A DNA stretch of 64,000 nucleotides from Bacteriovoracia bacterium (GTDB taxonomy: Bacteria > Bdellovibrionota > UBA1018 > JBFWNL01), in assembly GCA_050251055.1 (NCBI GenBank), contig JBFWNL010000006.1, forward strand, positions 1-64,000, read 5' to 3'. The stretch's first letter is position 1. Each line of letters starts with the position of its first letter. The notes under the pieces were generated by a model. That model was not told where the DNA came from. It saw nothing but the letters and a program-made list of their open reading frames with translations, and ran no database searches. A program made the position numbers and the translations under genes. Below are positions 35,892 through 46,927 of this stretch, in pieces.

Positions 35892-36347
35892 ATGCTTCAA
35901 ACGGGTTTGAATCCGGCCACGCCAGTTTGGGTGGACCCTGGGAAGGGTGTCCTTCGCTCCGCCGTGGAGTTCCTTGCTTCGTCATTTCCTCGTTTCAACT
36001 GGGTGGGCGTCTACGTTTTGAAGGGTGACGTTCTGGAACTCGGACCGTTCGTGGGCGAGCCCTCCCCGCACACCCGGATCCAGGTGGGCGTGGGTGTCTG
36101 CGGGACGGCCGTGGCCGAAAACGCGGATCAGAACGTGCCAGATGTTCGGGAGCGGAAGAACTACCTCGCTTGTAGCCTGACGACGCGGTCGGAGCTCGTG
36201 GTGCTCGTCCGGGACCGGGCGGGAAAAATTTTAGGTCAGATCGATATCGACAGCTACACGGTCAACGCTTTCGGTTCCCGCGAGGAATCGGTCGTGCGTG
36301 AAGTCGCCCAATACCTGGGCGGAGTTTGGCCCGAATCATTGGCGTAG
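35892..36347 (+). CDS. msrC: GAF-domain free methionine-R-sulfoxide reductase-like protein
   Basis: NWVGVY, LGPFVG, GVGVCGTA, YLACS, SELVV, IDIDS. Confidence 0.8.
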   Translation: MLQTGLNPATPVWVDPGKGVLRSAVEFLASSFPRFNWVGVYVLKGDVLELGPFVGEPSPHTRIQVGVGVCGTAVAENADQNVPDVRERKNYLACSLTTRSELVVLVRDRAGKILGQIDIDSYTVNAFGSREESVVREVAQYLGGVWPESLA

Positions 36348-36358
36348 AGGGGATTAAG

Positions 36359-36937
36359 ATGGAGAGAGTACGGAAGTCGAAAGCGAAGCCCACGTTGGAA
36401 TCTATCTTCTTCGTGACCCCCGAACAGCGTCTCCTGCGCTTCCTCGTGTCGGAGTCCACGAGCTCCTTCACGCCGCGCGTGCTTTCCTCCAAGCTCAAGG
36501 GCGTGCGTGGTCTGGGTGGCGCCGACGGCATCTCCCGCATCTTGAAGCTTTTGCAGGAAGTCGGCATGGTTTCGTTCGTGAACAACAACCAGGCCGTGAT
36601 GTGCCAGAACGACAGCGTCTACATCCGGGCGCTTAAAACTTTTTCCGCGCTATGCGATCTCGAGGGGTTGCAGCTGCAGCTCGAGCCGCTGTCCACGAAG
36701 GGCGTGCTCTACGGCAGTCGCGCCAATGGTACCTCCCGCACCGATAGCAATTACGATCTCTTCATTGTGACCGACACCCCGGACGAAGTGACCCGGATCG
36801 TGGAAGGCCATCCGCTCGGCAAGCGGCTGGGCCTCGAGACCATGACTCTCGACGATTACCTGCAGATCGAATCGAAGCAGCCTGAGTTCGCCAAGAAGCT
36901 CGCCAAGGGCATCGTCATGTGGGGGTCGAGCTGGTGA
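36359..36937 (+). CDS. Winged-helix + minimal nucleotidyltransferase-domain protein
   Basis: N-terminal HTH-like region, then [22 protein letters not shown], ends GIVMWG; GAGGGG RBS. Confidence 0.78.
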   Translation: MERVRKSKAKPTLESIFFVTPEQRLLRFLVSESTSSFTPRVLSSKLKGVRGLGGADGISRILKLLQEVGMVSFVNNNQAVMCQNDSVYIRALKTFSALCDLEGLQLQLEPLSTKGVLYGSRANGTSRTDSNYDLFIVTDTPDEVTRIVEGHPLGKRLGLETMTLDDYLQIESKQPEFAKKLAKGIVMWGSSW

Positions 36938-39774
36938 GCGGACCCGGGAAGGAGGGCGCGGGCGCGCCCGACTACAAAGACACCTTGAACTTGCCCGTCA
37001 CCGACTTCGCCATGCGGGCTTCGCTTCCGCAGCGCGAGCCGGAGCAGGTCGCGCGCTGGCTGCAAGATCGCGTTTATCAGCGCATGGTGGAGAAAAACCG
37101 CAAATCGGGCAAGGGACGTTTCATTCTGCACGACGGCCCCCCTTACGCGAACGGCGACATCCACATCGGCCACGCGCTCAATAAGATTCTCAAGGACATC
37201 GTCGTTAAATACAAAAACATGTGCGGCTTTGAGGCCCCCTACGTGCCGGGCTGGGACTGTCACGGTTTGCCGATTGAGCTGGGTGCCGAAAAAATCCTGA
37301 AGGATCAAAAACGCGAAAAAAGCACCGTGCCGGTGGTGGAACTGCGCCAGATTTGCCGCGATTACGCGAAGAAATACATCGGCATCCAGATGGAGCAGTT
37401 CAAGCGGCTGGAAATCTTCGGCGACTGGGAAAATCGTTACGCGACCATGGATGACTCGTATGTCGCGTCGATCCTGCGCGAGCTCGGTCGCTGCGCGAAG
37501 GCGGGCGTGCTGTATAAGGGCAACAAGCCGGTGCACTGGTGCCCCTCCTGCGGCACCGCGCTCGCGGAGGCCGAGATCGAGTACGCGGACAAGAAAAGCC
37601 CTTCGATTTACGTGAAATTTGATCTGGAACCCGCCGCGATCGCGGCCGTGCCGGAGCTGGCCGCGGCCGTGAAAAAGCACGCGCCGAAGCGTACGGCGAT
37701 GCTTATCTGGACGACGACTCCCTGGACGCTACCCGCGAACTTAGGCATCTCGCTGCATCCTGATTTTGAATACACCGCCGTCAAGACGAGCGACGGCGAG
37801 CTATGGGTATTGGCCGAAGGCCTCGTCGAAGGATTCTCGAAGGCCGTGGGCCGGGAGGGGCAGCTTGAGGTGGTGGCGAAGTTCGCCTCGACGCAGCTTG
37901 AGCGCCAAAACGCCCGCCACCCCTTCATCGATCGACCGTCGCTCATCATGCTCGGTACGCACGTGACTTTGGAAGCGGGCACGGGCGCCGTGCACACGGC
38001 CCCGGGCCACGGCGTGGACGATTACAAAATCGGCCTGCGTTACGGTCTTCCGATCGTCGCGCCGGTGAACGGCAAGGGTTGTTACACGGCTGATTTCGCG
38101 CCCATGCAGAGTCAGTTCGTATTCAAGGCGAACGAACCCATTGTTAACCTGCTGCGCGAGTCGGGTCACCTCGTCGGCCATCAAGACATCCAGCACAGCT
38201 ATCCGCATTGCTGGCGCTGCCACAATCCCGTGATCTTCCGCGCGACTCCCCAATGGTTCATCGGCATGGATCAACGCCCGGGCATCTCGCGCGATCTACG
38301 CAAAGAGGCGGTGCAAGGGATCCATCAAGTTAAGTGGGTGCCGGCTTGGGGTATTAACCGGATTTTAGGGATGGTCGAAGGACGCCCGGACTGGTGCATC
38401 TCGCGTCAGCGCGCCTGGGGCGTACCGATCACCGTGTTTTACTGCGCGAGCTGCGAGGAGCCGGCCGCCGGGCAGGAAGTTTTCGATCACGTCGCGGGAT
38501 TGGTGGAAGCGCAGGGCGCGGACGTCTGGTTCAAGGAATCCGCGGAAAAGCTGCATCCCTCGGGACTGACGTGCGGCAAATGCGCGGGCACGAAGTTCAC
38601 CAAGGAGACGGACATCCTGGATGTCTGGTTTGATTCGGGCGTGAGCCACGCCGCGGTTTGCGAAGAGCGCGAGCTGGGCTGGCCGGCGGATCTGTATCTC
38701 GAAGGAAGCGATCAGCATCGCGGTTGGTTCCAGACGTCGCTGCTTACCGCGGTCGCCACGCGGCGCGAACCGCCGTTCAAGGCCGTGCTCACCCACGGTT
38801 TCGTGAACGATGCCCAGGGCAAGAAAATGTCCAAGTCCAAGGGTAACGTCACCTCGCCGCTGGATTTGATGAAGACCCACGGTGCGGACGTGCTGCGCCT
38901 TTGGGTGGGCTTGGAAGATTATCGCAATGATCTGAGCTTTTCGAAGGAAAGCTTGGAGCGCGTTTCGGAAAGCTACCGCAAGATCCGCAATACCGTGCGC
39001 TTCCTGCTCGGAAATCTCAATGACTTCGATCCTGCGAAGGACGCGGTTCCACGCGAGAAAATGGGCGAACTCGACCGCTGGGCGCTCTCGCGCACGGCCC
39101 ACGTCATGAACCGCGTGACCCAGGCATACGACGACTACGAGTTCCATACGGTTTACCACCAGGTCGTGAACCTCTGCGCGGTGGATCTCTCGGCGGTTTA
39201 TTTCGACATCTTGAAGGATCGTCTGTATACCGCCGGCAAAAAATCAGCCGAACGTCGCTCTTCGCAGACCGCGATGTTCCATGTCTTGAGCGCGCTCCTG
39301 CGCGGCTTGGCCCCGATCCTGTCGTTCACCTCGGAAGAGGCCTGGCAGATGATCCCGGGCCTTCCGCGGGAGTCCATTTTTCTGCAACCCTTTCCGCGGG
39401 ACACGCAAGGCTTGGCGGATTGGCTCGATGAGAAGGTCGAAGCCGCGTTCGCCCCGGTTTGGGAAACGCGCGAGATCGTGATGAAAGCTTTGGAAGAGGC
39501 CCGCGCGCAGAAGGTCATCGGTCACCCGCGCGAAGCCCACGTCGTGCTCACCGTGCCGGCCGACACGCAGACCAAACTCAATGGCGTGCGGGAAGACCTC
39601 TCGCGCTTGTTCCTGGTTAGCCAGTTTACGCTCCAGGCCGGTTCCGCCGTGAAGGTCGAGATCAAGACCGCGACCGGCGAGAAATGCGCGCGTTGCTGGG
39701 TTTACAAACCCGAAGTAGGGAAAGATTCCCGGCACCCCGCGCTCTGCGCGCGCTGCGTGGAGGCCGTCGGGTGA
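36934..39774 (+). CDS. ileS: Isoleucine--tRNA ligase
   Basis: [39 protein letters not shown]-terminal CARC..CARC zinc finger. Confidence 0.98.
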   Translation: MSGPGKEGAGAPDYKDTLNLPVTDFAMRASLPQREPEQVARWLQDRVYQRMVEKNRKSGKGRFILHDGPPYANGDIHIGHALNKILKDIVVKYKNMCGFEAPYVPGWDCHGLPIELGAEKILKDQKREKSTVPVVELRQICRDYAKKYIGIQMEQFKRLEIFGDWENRYATMDDSYVASILRELGRCAKAGVLYKGNKPVHWCPSCGTALAEAEIEYADKKSPSIYVKFDLEPAAIAAVPELAAAVKKHAPKRTAMLIWTTTPWTLPANLGISLHPDFEYTAVKTSDGELWVLAEGLVEGFSKAVGREGQLEVVAKFASTQLERQNARHPFIDRPSLIMLGTHVTLEAGTGAVHTAPGHGVDDYKIGLRYGLPIVAPVNGKGCYTADFAPMQSQFVFKANEPIVNLLRESGHLVGHQDIQHSYPHCWRCHNPVIFRATPQWFIGMDQRPGISRDLRKEAVQGIHQVKWVPAWGINRILGMVEGRPDWCISRQRAWGVPITVFYCASCEEPAAGQEVFDHVAGLVEAQGADVWFKESAEKLHPSGLTCGKCAGTKFTKETDILDVWFDSGVSHAAVCEERELGWPADLYLEGSDQHRGWFQTSLLTAVATRREPPFKAVLTHGFVNDAQGKKMSKSKGNVTSPLDLMKTHGADVLRLWVGLEDYRNDLSFSKESLERVSESYRKIRNTVRFLLGNLNDFDPAKDAVPREKMGELDRWALSRTAHVMNRVTQAYDDYEFHTVYHQVVNLCAVDLSAVYFDILKDRLYTAGKKSAERRSSQTAMFHVLSALLRGLAPILSFTSEEAWQMIPGLPRESIFLQPFPRDTQGLADWLDEKVEAAFAPVWETREIVMKALEEARAQKVIGHPREAHVVLTVPADTQTKLNGVREDLSRLFLVSQFTLQAGSAVKVEIKTATGEKCARCWVYKPEVGKDSRHPALCARCVEAVG

Positions 39775-40286
39775 GAAAGTGGAAGGTCTTGGTGGGCCTT
39801 ACCCTGGGCGTACTCGTTTTGGATCAAATCACCAAGTGGTTGGTGATGGTCAACTTTCGGCTACATGAAACCCGTCCTATCATCGAAGGATACTTCAATC
39901 TGACTTACATTCGGAACACGGGCGCCGCTTTCGGGATCTTCGCTAACGCCGATCCCGCCTTTCGCGTGCCCTTTTTCTTGATCATCCCGCTAGCCGCGCT
40001 GGCGGTGATCGCCCTGGTATTCCGGCGCCTTCCACCGGAGAACGTCGGCGTGGCCTCGGCGCTGTCGCTCGTGATCGGAGGAGCTGTCGGAAACCTGATC
40101 GACCGGGTTCGGTTTGGCTCGGTCGTCGATTTCCTGGATTTTCACTGGCAGTATGTGAAGCATTTTCCGGCGTTTAACGTCGCGGATATGGCGATTTGCG
40201 TCGGCGTCGGCATCCTGATGGTGGATTTACTTTTCAATAAAGAGCATACTGAAAGCAAGGAAGCCCATGTATCCAATTTTATTTAG
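39771..40286 (+). CDS. lspA: Lipoprotein signal peptidase
   Basis: LDQITK, NTGAAFG, GNLIDR, VVDFLD, FNVAD. Confidence 0.95.
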   Translation: MRKWKVLVGLTLGVLVLDQITKWLVMVNFRLHETRPIIEGYFNLTYIRNTGAAFGIFANADPAFRVPFFLIIPLAALAVIALVFRRLPPENVGVASALSLVIGGAVGNLIDRVRFGSVVDFLDFHWQYVKHFPAFNVADMAICVGVGILMVDLLFNKEHTESKEAHVSNFI

Positions 40287-41055
40287 CATCGGATCCTTCT
40301 CCGTCCATACCTACGGCGTATTCGCCGCCATCGGCTTCTTAGCCGGGGTGGCCGTCGTGAAGTATATGTCGCGCGAGCTGAAGCTCGACGTCGAGACCAT
40401 GGTCGATTTCACGTTCTGGAACATGCTCTTGGGCTTCGTGGGCGCCCGCATCCTATTTGTGTTCACGCGTCTCGAGTATTTCATGGGCGATCCGCTCGCC
40501 ATCTTCCGGATTTGGGAAGGCGGGCTCGTGTTCTACGGCGGGCTGATCCTCGATATCGCGTTTTCATTCTGGTATACGAAAAAGAAAAATATCTCGATGT
40601 GGACCGCGCTCGACGTTATGACGCCGGCTCTGGCGATCGCGCACATGTTTGGCCGCTTCGGGTGTTTCAGCGCGGGTTGCTGCTATGGCCGTCCCACCGA
40701 CTCCATTTTCGGCGTGCGTTTTAACTCGGAGCTGGTTGACGTCTCCCTGCGCGGGGTTCCGTTGCATCCGACTCAGCTCTACGAAGCGTTCGCGCTCTTC
40801 GTCGTTTTCCTGGGCCTGATGTGGGTTTTCAAGCGCCGCCGATTCGTGGGGCAGGTGGGCTTGACCTATATGATCGTTTACCCGATCGTTCGTATCTGCG
40901 TGGAGTATTTCCGCGGCGACCAGATCCGCGGGTTCGTCATCCAGGACTATCTTTCCACCAGCCAGTTCATTTCCGTGATCTTAGTTTCGATCGCGATCGT
41001 GGTTTTCATCCGCCGCGCCGGCTCGGCGATGCGCGCTTCGGGAAGGCCCGCTTAA
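40267..41055 (+). CDS. lgt: Prolipoprotein diacylglyceryl transferase
   Basis: MYPILF, GARI, WEGGLVFYGG, GRFGCF, HPTQLYE. Confidence 0.95.
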   Translation: MYPILFSIGSFSVHTYGVFAAIGFLAGVAVVKYMSRELKLDVETMVDFTFWNMLLGFVGARILFVFTRLEYFMGDPLAIFRIWEGGLVFYGGLILDIAFSFWYTKKKNISMWTALDVMTPALAIAHMFGRFGCFSAGCCYGRPTDSIFGVRFNSELVDVSLRGVPLHPTQLYEAFALFVVFLGLMWVFKRRRFVGQVGLTYMIVYPIVRICVEYFRGDQIRGFVIQDYLSTSQFISVILVSIAIVVFIRRAGSAMRASGRPA

Positions 41056-41069
41056 ATGAGGGTCGGTCG

Positions 41070-41615
41070 ATGATGGATAGTCCGCTCTGGCTCGCCGCTT
41101 TGCTGATTTTTGCTTACCTCGTGGGCAGCTTGCGAACCTCGATGCTTTTCCGTAACTTAAAGCCCGGATTCGTCTTTTGGAGCTTGGATTTTCTTCGGGG
41201 CGCGCTCGCGGTCTTTTGCCTTTCGGAAATCGGCCAACCCTTGTTCCAGCCTTGGCTGGATTTTGGCTCCGCCGGAATGGGCGTCACGGCCGCGTTCGCC
41301 GCGCTTTTCTTGGCCGTGGTCGGGCACGCTTACTCTCCGTGGAAGCGTTTCCAGAGCGAAGTGCCGGATGTCGTTTTTTTGGGTGGGTTGGTATGGCTGG
41401 CGCCAATTCCGGTGGCGGGCTGGCTCGTGGCATGGTTTCTCGCTTTGCGAGTGACTGAGCAGGCGCCGGTTTCGCGCATGATCGGCTTGCTCGTTGCGTC
41501 CATTTTGCAAGTGTCCATCTATCCCCTCGACTACCGGATCTGGCTTTTCGGGGCTTCGGCATTCGCCATTCTTTGGGCTTTCGAGCCTGAGCTTGATTTT
41601 CTTTTGCAGGATTAA
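41070..41615 (+). CDS. Degenerate PlsY-like membrane protein
   Basis: AYLVGSL, LDFLRG, AVVGHAYSPW resemble PlsY, but the Gly-rich motifs are missing. Confidence 0.55.
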   Translation: MMDSPLWLAALLIFAYLVGSLRTSMLFRNLKPGFVFWSLDFLRGALAVFCLSEIGQPLFQPWLDFGSAGMGVTAAFAALFLAVVGHAYSPWKRFQSEVPDVVFLGGLVWLAPIPVAGWLVAWFLALRVTEQAPVSRMIGLLVASILQVSIYPLDYRIWLFGASAFAILWAFEPELDFLLQD

Positions 41616-42509
41616 ATGAAGAGGAAGTGGTTTAGGATTTGGGTGTTCGGCGCCGTGGCCACCGTCCTCGGTGCTTTCTCGGCCGTCGCTTACGAAGTCA
41701 CGGATGCGACCCAGACTCGCGTGGAGTTTCCACAGGCGCCGGCGCGGATCGTGACCTTGGCGCCGTCACTGGGCGAGCTTGCCGCCGATGTGCTGGAGCA
41801 GGACATCTCCCGTATCGTGGGGGTGAGCGAATATACTGATTTCCCGCCGGGCCTAAAGTCCGTGCCGTCGGTCGGCTCTTACGTTCGCCTGAATTTGGAA
41901 AAAATCGCCGTCCTGAAACCTGATCTGATCTTAGCTACGCGCGACGGCAACGAAAGAAGCCAGATCGTTCGCCTACGCGAGATGGGTTATCGCGTGGTCG
42001 TGGTCGAGACCGGAAATTTCGATCAAATCTCCGCTTCCTTTCGAATCGTGGCCGCCGCCTTGGGCCGGCCCGACAAAGGGATCCGCATGGCGGATTCGTT
42101 TCAGAAAGGATTGACGAAGCTCCGTCGGGCCAAGACCAGCTCCCGCGTGCTCTTACAGGTCGGCGACGATCCCCTGGTGGTGGCGGGGGGGGAATCTATC
42201 TTAAGTCGAGTCCTGGAGGTATTGGGCTTCACCAACGTCTACGCCGATCTTCGCCAGGGGTATCCGCGTCCATCGCGCGAGGATGTCTTTAAACGCTCTC
42301 CGGATACGGTTTTGATCCTGGCGCTCGGAACCGATCGTGCTCCTTATGAGCGGATGCTGAAGCGTTGGCGAGAGCTGGATTCCTTGCCCGCCGTCCGTGC
42401 GGGGCGCGTGAAGATCGTCGTGGCCGATGCCTTAGTGCGCCCGACGTTGCGGATGCTGGAAGGCATGGCTTTGCTGGAGCGGGAGTTAACCGCGGGGAAA
42501 TCGCCATGA
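41616..42509 (+). CDS. BtuF/FhuD-type ABC substrate-binding protein
   Basis: Signal peptide, VTDATQT, RIVTLAPS, NLEKIAVLKPDLIL. Confidence 0.88.
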   Translation: MKRKWFRIWVFGAVATVLGAFSAVAYEVTDATQTRVEFPQAPARIVTLAPSLGELAADVLEQDISRIVGVSEYTDFPPGLKSVPSVGSYVRLNLEKIAVLKPDLILATRDGNERSQIVRLREMGYRVVVVETGNFDQISASFRIVAAALGRPDKGIRMADSFQKGLTKLRRAKTSSRVLLQVGDDPLVVAGGESILSRVLEVLGFTNVYADLRQGYPRPSREDVFKRSPDTVLILALGTDRAPYERMLKRWRELDSLPAVRAGRVKIVVADALVRPTLRMLEGMALLERELTAGKSP

Positions 42510-43444
42510 AGCAAGGGCGTTGGTACTTGCTGAGCGCGTTGCTGCTCGGGTGCCTGTTTCTCATCTCTTGGCGGGTAGGCGGCGAGTCGGCGGGTTTGGA
42601 TTCTGCCGTGTTGACCCAACTGCGATTGCCGCGATTGCTCGCAGCCGTCGCCGTGGGTATGGGGTTGAGCTTGGCGGGCGCCGTAATGCAGTCCGTTTTC
42701 GCCAATTCCCTTTGCGAGCCTTACACGTTAGGAATTTCCTCGGGCGCGTCCCTAGGCGCGGTGGTGGGAACTAGCCTCGGGCTCAGTCTGGATTTTATGG
42801 GGATTGCCGGCGGGGCGTTCGTGGGCGCGTTAGCGTTCATGTTGGTTCTGTACGTCATGGCGTCCAAGCGGGACATCGGCAACGCCTCGCTTTTACTCGT
42901 GGGCGTGATGCTCGGGCTCTTTGGCTCGAGTCTCGTTACGTTGTGGATGGCGATGTCGGAGGCGAACGGGATTCAAGGCGCGATTTTTTGGCTGTTGGGC
43001 GATCTTTCCCGCGTGCGCCTGCACGGCTCCCTGCTGCTGGTGGCCGGCGTAATCGCACTGGGCGCGGCGGTCTATTCCCGGCATCGCGCGCTGGATGCGT
43101 TGATGTTGGGCGAGCAAGAAGCCCGCTCGTTGGGGATCGATTTTTCGGCCGAGCGCCGTCGTCTCATTTTCCTCGTTTCTTTGCTGGTCGCCCTGTGCGT
43201 CAGTGCATCCGGCATGATCGGCTTCGTGGGCTTGGTCGTCCCCCATTTCGCCCGCAAGCTCATGGGGGCCTTGCATGGCCGAATGCTGCCCCTGGCGGCG
43301 CTCTGGGGCGCGATCGCGCTTTTGCTGGCGGACTTTTCCGTGCGAAATTTCGCCCAGCCGTACGAGATCCCCGTGGGCGTGGTATGCGCGCTCGTGGGTA
43401 CCCCGCTTTTCGCTTGGATTTTTCTGAAACGGGAGGCGGTGTGA
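42506..43444 (+). CDS. BtuC/FecCD-type ABC permease
   Basis: LRLPR, EPYTLGISSGA, WLLGDL, ARSLG, IGFVGLVVPH, EIPVG. Confidence 0.92.
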   Translation: MKQGRWYLLSALLLGCLFLISWRVGGESAGLDSAVLTQLRLPRLLAAVAVGMGLSLAGAVMQSVFANSLCEPYTLGISSGASLGAVVGTSLGLSLDFMGIAGGAFVGALAFMLVLYVMASKRDIGNASLLLVGVMLGLFGSSLVTLWMAMSEANGIQGAIFWLLGDLSRVRLHGSLLLVAGVIALGAAVYSRHRALDALMLGEQEARSLGIDFSAERRRLIFLVSLLVALCVSASGMIGFVGLVVPHFARKLMGALHGRMLPLAALWGAIALLLADFSVRNFAQPYEIPVGVVCALVGTPLFAWIFLKREAV

Positions 43445-44232
43445 AGGAAACCCCCGCGCTGCTGGGCGCCTACGGCGTTCATTTTCAACGCAAGGGCGTG
43501 ACCGTGCTCTCCGAAATCACGGTGGAGCTACGTGCGGGTGAGGTTACCGCGTTCGTCGGACCCAATGGCTGCGGAAAAACCACTTTGCTGCAGGTACTCG
43601 CCGGGTGGATTGATTTTCGCGCCCGCGGTCGATCGGGGGGCGGAGGCGTGCTGACGTATCTCGGTCAGGACTTTACCCAGCTCTCGCCGGCCCAAAAGGC
43701 GGAACGCGCGGTTTATGTCGGGGCCGATTTTTCCACGGAGTTTCCGCTGACCGTAGAGGAGTTCGTAGGCTTGGGCCTGATTTGTCGGTCTTCCGGAGTA
43801 AAATCGGCGGCAGTAGCTATCGACGATGCGTTGAGGGACGCCGACGTTTCGGTATTGCGCGCGCGCTCCGTACGCTCTTTGAGCGGAGGAGAACGGCAGC
43901 GCGTGAATCTCGCGCGAGCTTTGTTGCAGGCACCCAAGGTGTTACTTTTGGACGAAGCATTTTCAAAAATGGATGTTGATCGGCTGGGTTACTTTCGTGA
44001 TTTGTTGCGACGCTTAACCCGCGAAGGCCGTGCGATCGGGCTGGTTTCCCATGATTTGAATTTCGCGGCCGAAACCGCGGATCGTTGCGTCTTGATGCGC
44101 GAAGGCCGCGTAGTGAAGGCGGGCGCGCTTGGCGAAATCTTTACGCGCGATGAGCTAGCCTTGGTCTATCCGCGCTCGGAGCTGCGCGTGGCGCCGGATC
44201 CGTTTTCTGGGAAGCCGAAACTCTTCTATTAG
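43441..44232 (+). CDS. BtuD/FecE-type ABC ATPase
   Basis: GPNGCGKTT, LSGGERQR, LLLDE, SHDLN. Confidence 0.92.
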   Translation: MKETPALLGAYGVHFQRKGVTVLSEITVELRAGEVTAFVGPNGCGKTTLLQVLAGWIDFRARGRSGGGGVLTYLGQDFTQLSPAQKAERAVYVGADFSTEFPLTVEEFVGLGLICRSSGVKSAAVAIDDALRDADVSVLRARSVRSLSGGERQRVNLARALLQAPKVLLLDEAFSKMDVDRLGYFRDLLRRLTREGRAIGLVSHDLNFAAETADRCVLMREGRVVKAGALGEIFTRDELALVYPRSELRVAPDPFSGKPKLFY

Positions 44233-44276
44233 ATTGGGGGGGTAAATTTTCGGCAAATCCAGGCAGCCAGCGGCGC

Positions 44277-45149
44277 CTAGAAATAAACGGTGGCGCCGAG
44301 CGTATGCGCCGTCGTCGCCGGATGCCCGGCCTTGGTTTCCGTCGCCCGGTAAAACGCGTAGTCGAGGGAGATACGCGGCGCGATCCAACCCAGGCCGAAG
44401 CCGAAACCCTTGCCGATGGTGTTCAGGTACGGGACGTTCGCGTTATTGAAAAATCCACCACGGAGAAAAACGTCTTTAAAGAGCGTGAGCTCCGTGCCGA
44501 ACTCGATGCCCCAGTTAGCGTCGGCATAAATGATGTCTGGCGTGTAGTGGGGGTCGATGTAAAAGAGCAGGATTCCCATTACGTTCGCCTTCGTGCCCAC
44601 GATGAATTCGCGGTACCAGCCGTTGGCCTGGCTGGAAGGCGACGAGAGCAAGTTGTCGATAGTGAACGAAAGCTGCATCCACTCGCTTAAAATACCGCTA
44701 AAGGAGAAGTTCAGATCGCGCGCGGCCTGGGAGGCGCTGCTGTTCGGCAGGTAGAATTTTGCGCCCAGGCCAAAGCCCGTGCGTTGGATGAAGGACTTGG
44801 CTGCGCCCATGTGAAGGTAGGCGCCATTTTCCTTCACCGTGTAGCCTGCGCCCGCGGCGAAGAGCGCGGAGCGGCCGTCTTGGACCGAAAGGTTGTAGAG
44901 GCGGCCGTAGTAGCCATTGTCGCCGGAATATTTCTGCAGCCCAAAGCCGATGCTCTGGGTTTGGATGAAGGTGCTGTACGAAGGATTCAAGTAAATGGAA
45001 TCGTTGAGTAGAGGCCCTGCGTGACCCGCGCCGCCCAGTGCGGCCGTCCGCGGCGAATGGTAATCCGAGCCCCACGCCGAAACGGAGGAGAGAGCCACGA
45101 GCGCGGCGGTAAATACCTGACTAATTACGGAAGATTGTGCGGGCCACAT
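44277..45149 (-). CDS. Outer-membrane beta-barrel protein (FadL/PorV-like)
   Basis: Signal peptide, SPRTAALGGAG..IYLNPS hatch-like motif, alternating strands, C-terminal TLGATVYF. Confidence 0.7.
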   Translation of the reverse strand: MWPAQSSVISQVFTAALVALSSVSAWGSDYHSPRTAALGGAGHAGPLLNDSIYLNPSYSTFIQTQSIGFGLQKYSGDNGYYGRLYNLSVQDGRSALFAAGAGYTVKENGAYLHMGAAKSFIQRTGFGLGAKFYLPNSSASQAARDLNFSFSGILSEWMQLSFTIDNLLSSPSSQANGWYREFIVGTKANVMGILLFYIDPHYTPDIIYADANWGIEFGTELTLFKDVFLRGGFFNNANVPYLNTIGKGFGFGLGWIAPRISLDYAFYRATETKAGHPATTAHTLGATVYF

Positions 45150-45193
45150 GAAGCACTCGATAAAATACAACTGTTTGGATAGAGTGTAAAGCG

Positions 45194-46066
45194 ATGTCGA
45201 CCTCCAAACGAATTCGCAAAGCCGTGATTCCCGCGGCCGGGCTCGGTACCCGCTTTCTCCCGGCGACCAAGGCCGTGCCCAAGGAAATGATCCCTATCGT
45301 CGACGTGCCGATGATCCAGCTGATCGTGCAGGAAGCCGTGCAGTCCGGCATCGAGGAGATCGTTCTCGTGACCGGGCGAGGCAAAGACGCGATCGAAAAC
45401 CACTTCGACTTCAACTACGAGCTCGAAGATACCCTCGAGAAGAAAAACAAGCCCGAGCTCGCCAAGATATCCAAGGACCTGGCCCGGATGTGCAAGGTCA
45501 TGTACGTGCGGCAGAAAGAACCGTTGGGCCTGGGGCACGCCGTCCTAGCCGCCGCCCCGCTCGTGGGCGACGAGCCGTTCGCGGTGCTCTTGCCCGACGA
45601 TCTCATCGACGCCAAGATTCCCTGCACGAAACAACTCGCCGACGAATACTTCGCGGGCGGTAAATCGGTGGTGGGCGTGATGGAAGTCGCGCCTTCGGAA
45701 GTTTCCAAGTACGGGATCGTCGCGGGTAAGATGATCGATCCGAAGCGTATGGCCGTCGCTGACGTGGTCGAAAAACCGGCGGCGGCGGCGGCGCCTTCTC
45801 GACTAGCTATCCCAGGCCGCTACGTGCTGCACCCCCGGGTGTTTGATTATTTACGGGAGTTGAAGCCTGGAAAGATCGCCGAAATTCAGCTCACCGATGG
45901 ATTGACTGCGTTAGCGCGGAATGAAGGTTTGACCGCGTATCTTTACGAAGGCGATCGTTACGATGCCGGCGATCGGTTGGGTTATCTGGAAGCCACCTTG
46001 GTCTACGCGATGAAGCGGCCGGAGCTGCGCGATGGCCTCGCTAAAATCGTTAAGAAATACTTTTAG
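45194..46066 (+). CDS. galU: UTP--glucose-1-phosphate uridylyltransferase
   Basis: AVIPAAGLGTRFLPATKAVPKEM, GLGHAV, VVEKP, EIQLTD. Confidence 0.97.
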   Translation: MSTSKRIRKAVIPAAGLGTRFLPATKAVPKEMIPIVDVPMIQLIVQEAVQSGIEEIVLVTGRGKDAIENHFDFNYELEDTLEKKNKPELAKISKDLARMCKVMYVRQKEPLGLGHAVLAAAPLVGDEPFAVLLPDDLIDAKIPCTKQLADEYFAGGKSVVGVMEVAPSEVSKYGIVAGKMIDPKRMAVADVVEKPAAAAAPSRLAIPGRYVLHPRVFDYLRELKPGKIAEIQLTDGLTALARNEGLTAYLYEGDRYDAGDRLGYLEATLVYAMKRPELRDGLAKIVKKYF

Positions 46067-46075
46067 GGGACGGAT

Positions 46076-46927
46076 GTGTTGAAGCGACGAATAGCTTTGA
46101 TTTCAGTTTTGCTTGGGTTTTGGGGAGGTGCGGCGCACGCGTACATTCCGCCTTCCGAATACCTAGTGACGAAAATCGCGGAAAAGCACAAGAACTTCGG
46201 CGCGATCCTGTTGACCTCCATTATTAGCGTTCCCGGTACTACCACGCCGCCCACGGGTCCGAGCGCGCCGGCGTCATTCCCCGCCAACGGGTTCAAGGAA
46301 GTCGCCCTGATTGATTTCAAGCGCAAGACGATCGAGAGCCATGCGTACGACGCCTCCGGGTACGAGGTTTTTTCCGTGAAGCGCAATTTGGGCGAAGGTC
46401 CCTCTAATCGCATCCCTCTGATGAATTTTCTGTTTTTCGAGGAAAACCCCGAAGAGGTCAACCATGCGATGATCCTCTCCGGCGTGAGCGTCATGCTCTC
46501 CCACAAGTTGCAGGCGATGGAGAACGAGATTGAACGCCGGGCCGCGGAAAAGAGCTACCTCGATCGTTGGAACGACCGCGTGGCTTGGGTGATCGGCGAG
46601 CGTCCAGAAGATAAGGGCTCCCTGGGGAAGCCGCGTATTTACATCGAAAAAGACTCGTTCCTGCCCCTGCGTTGGGTCGGCGCGCTCACTGCGAACCCCG
46701 ATCGGGTCTGGGACGTGACGTTTGACCGTTACCGTTTCGTGAAGGGTTATCAGTACCCGAACGACATCGTGCTTTTGGAAGACGGCGCGCCCGTGTTGAA
46801 GGCGGAGGTAAGCTCGCTCATCGTCGGTCCGGATCTTAAAAAATCGCCTTTCGACAAATCCGCGCAGACCGCTTCGGGCGGTGCCGCCTCGGATCTGCTA
46901 AAAAAATACTACACGGTCTTGCGGTGA
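46076..46927 (+). CDS. Hypothetical periplasmic protein (possible LolA-like fold)
   Basis: Signal peptide ending AHA-YIPP; [12 protein letters not shown] motif. Confidence 0.7.
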   Translation: MLKRRIALISVLLGFWGGAAHAYIPPSEYLVTKIAEKHKNFGAILLTSIISVPGTTTPPTGPSAPASFPANGFKEVALIDFKRKTIESHAYDASGYEVFSVKRNLGEGPSNRIPLMNFLFFEENPEEVNHAMILSGVSVMLSHKLQAMENEIERRAAEKSYLDRWNDRVAWVIGERPEDKGSLGKPRIYIEKDSFLPLRWVGALTANPDRVWDVTFDRYRFVKGYQYPNDIVLLEDGAPVLKAEVSSLIVGPDLKKSPFDKSAQTASGGAASDLLKKYYTVLR

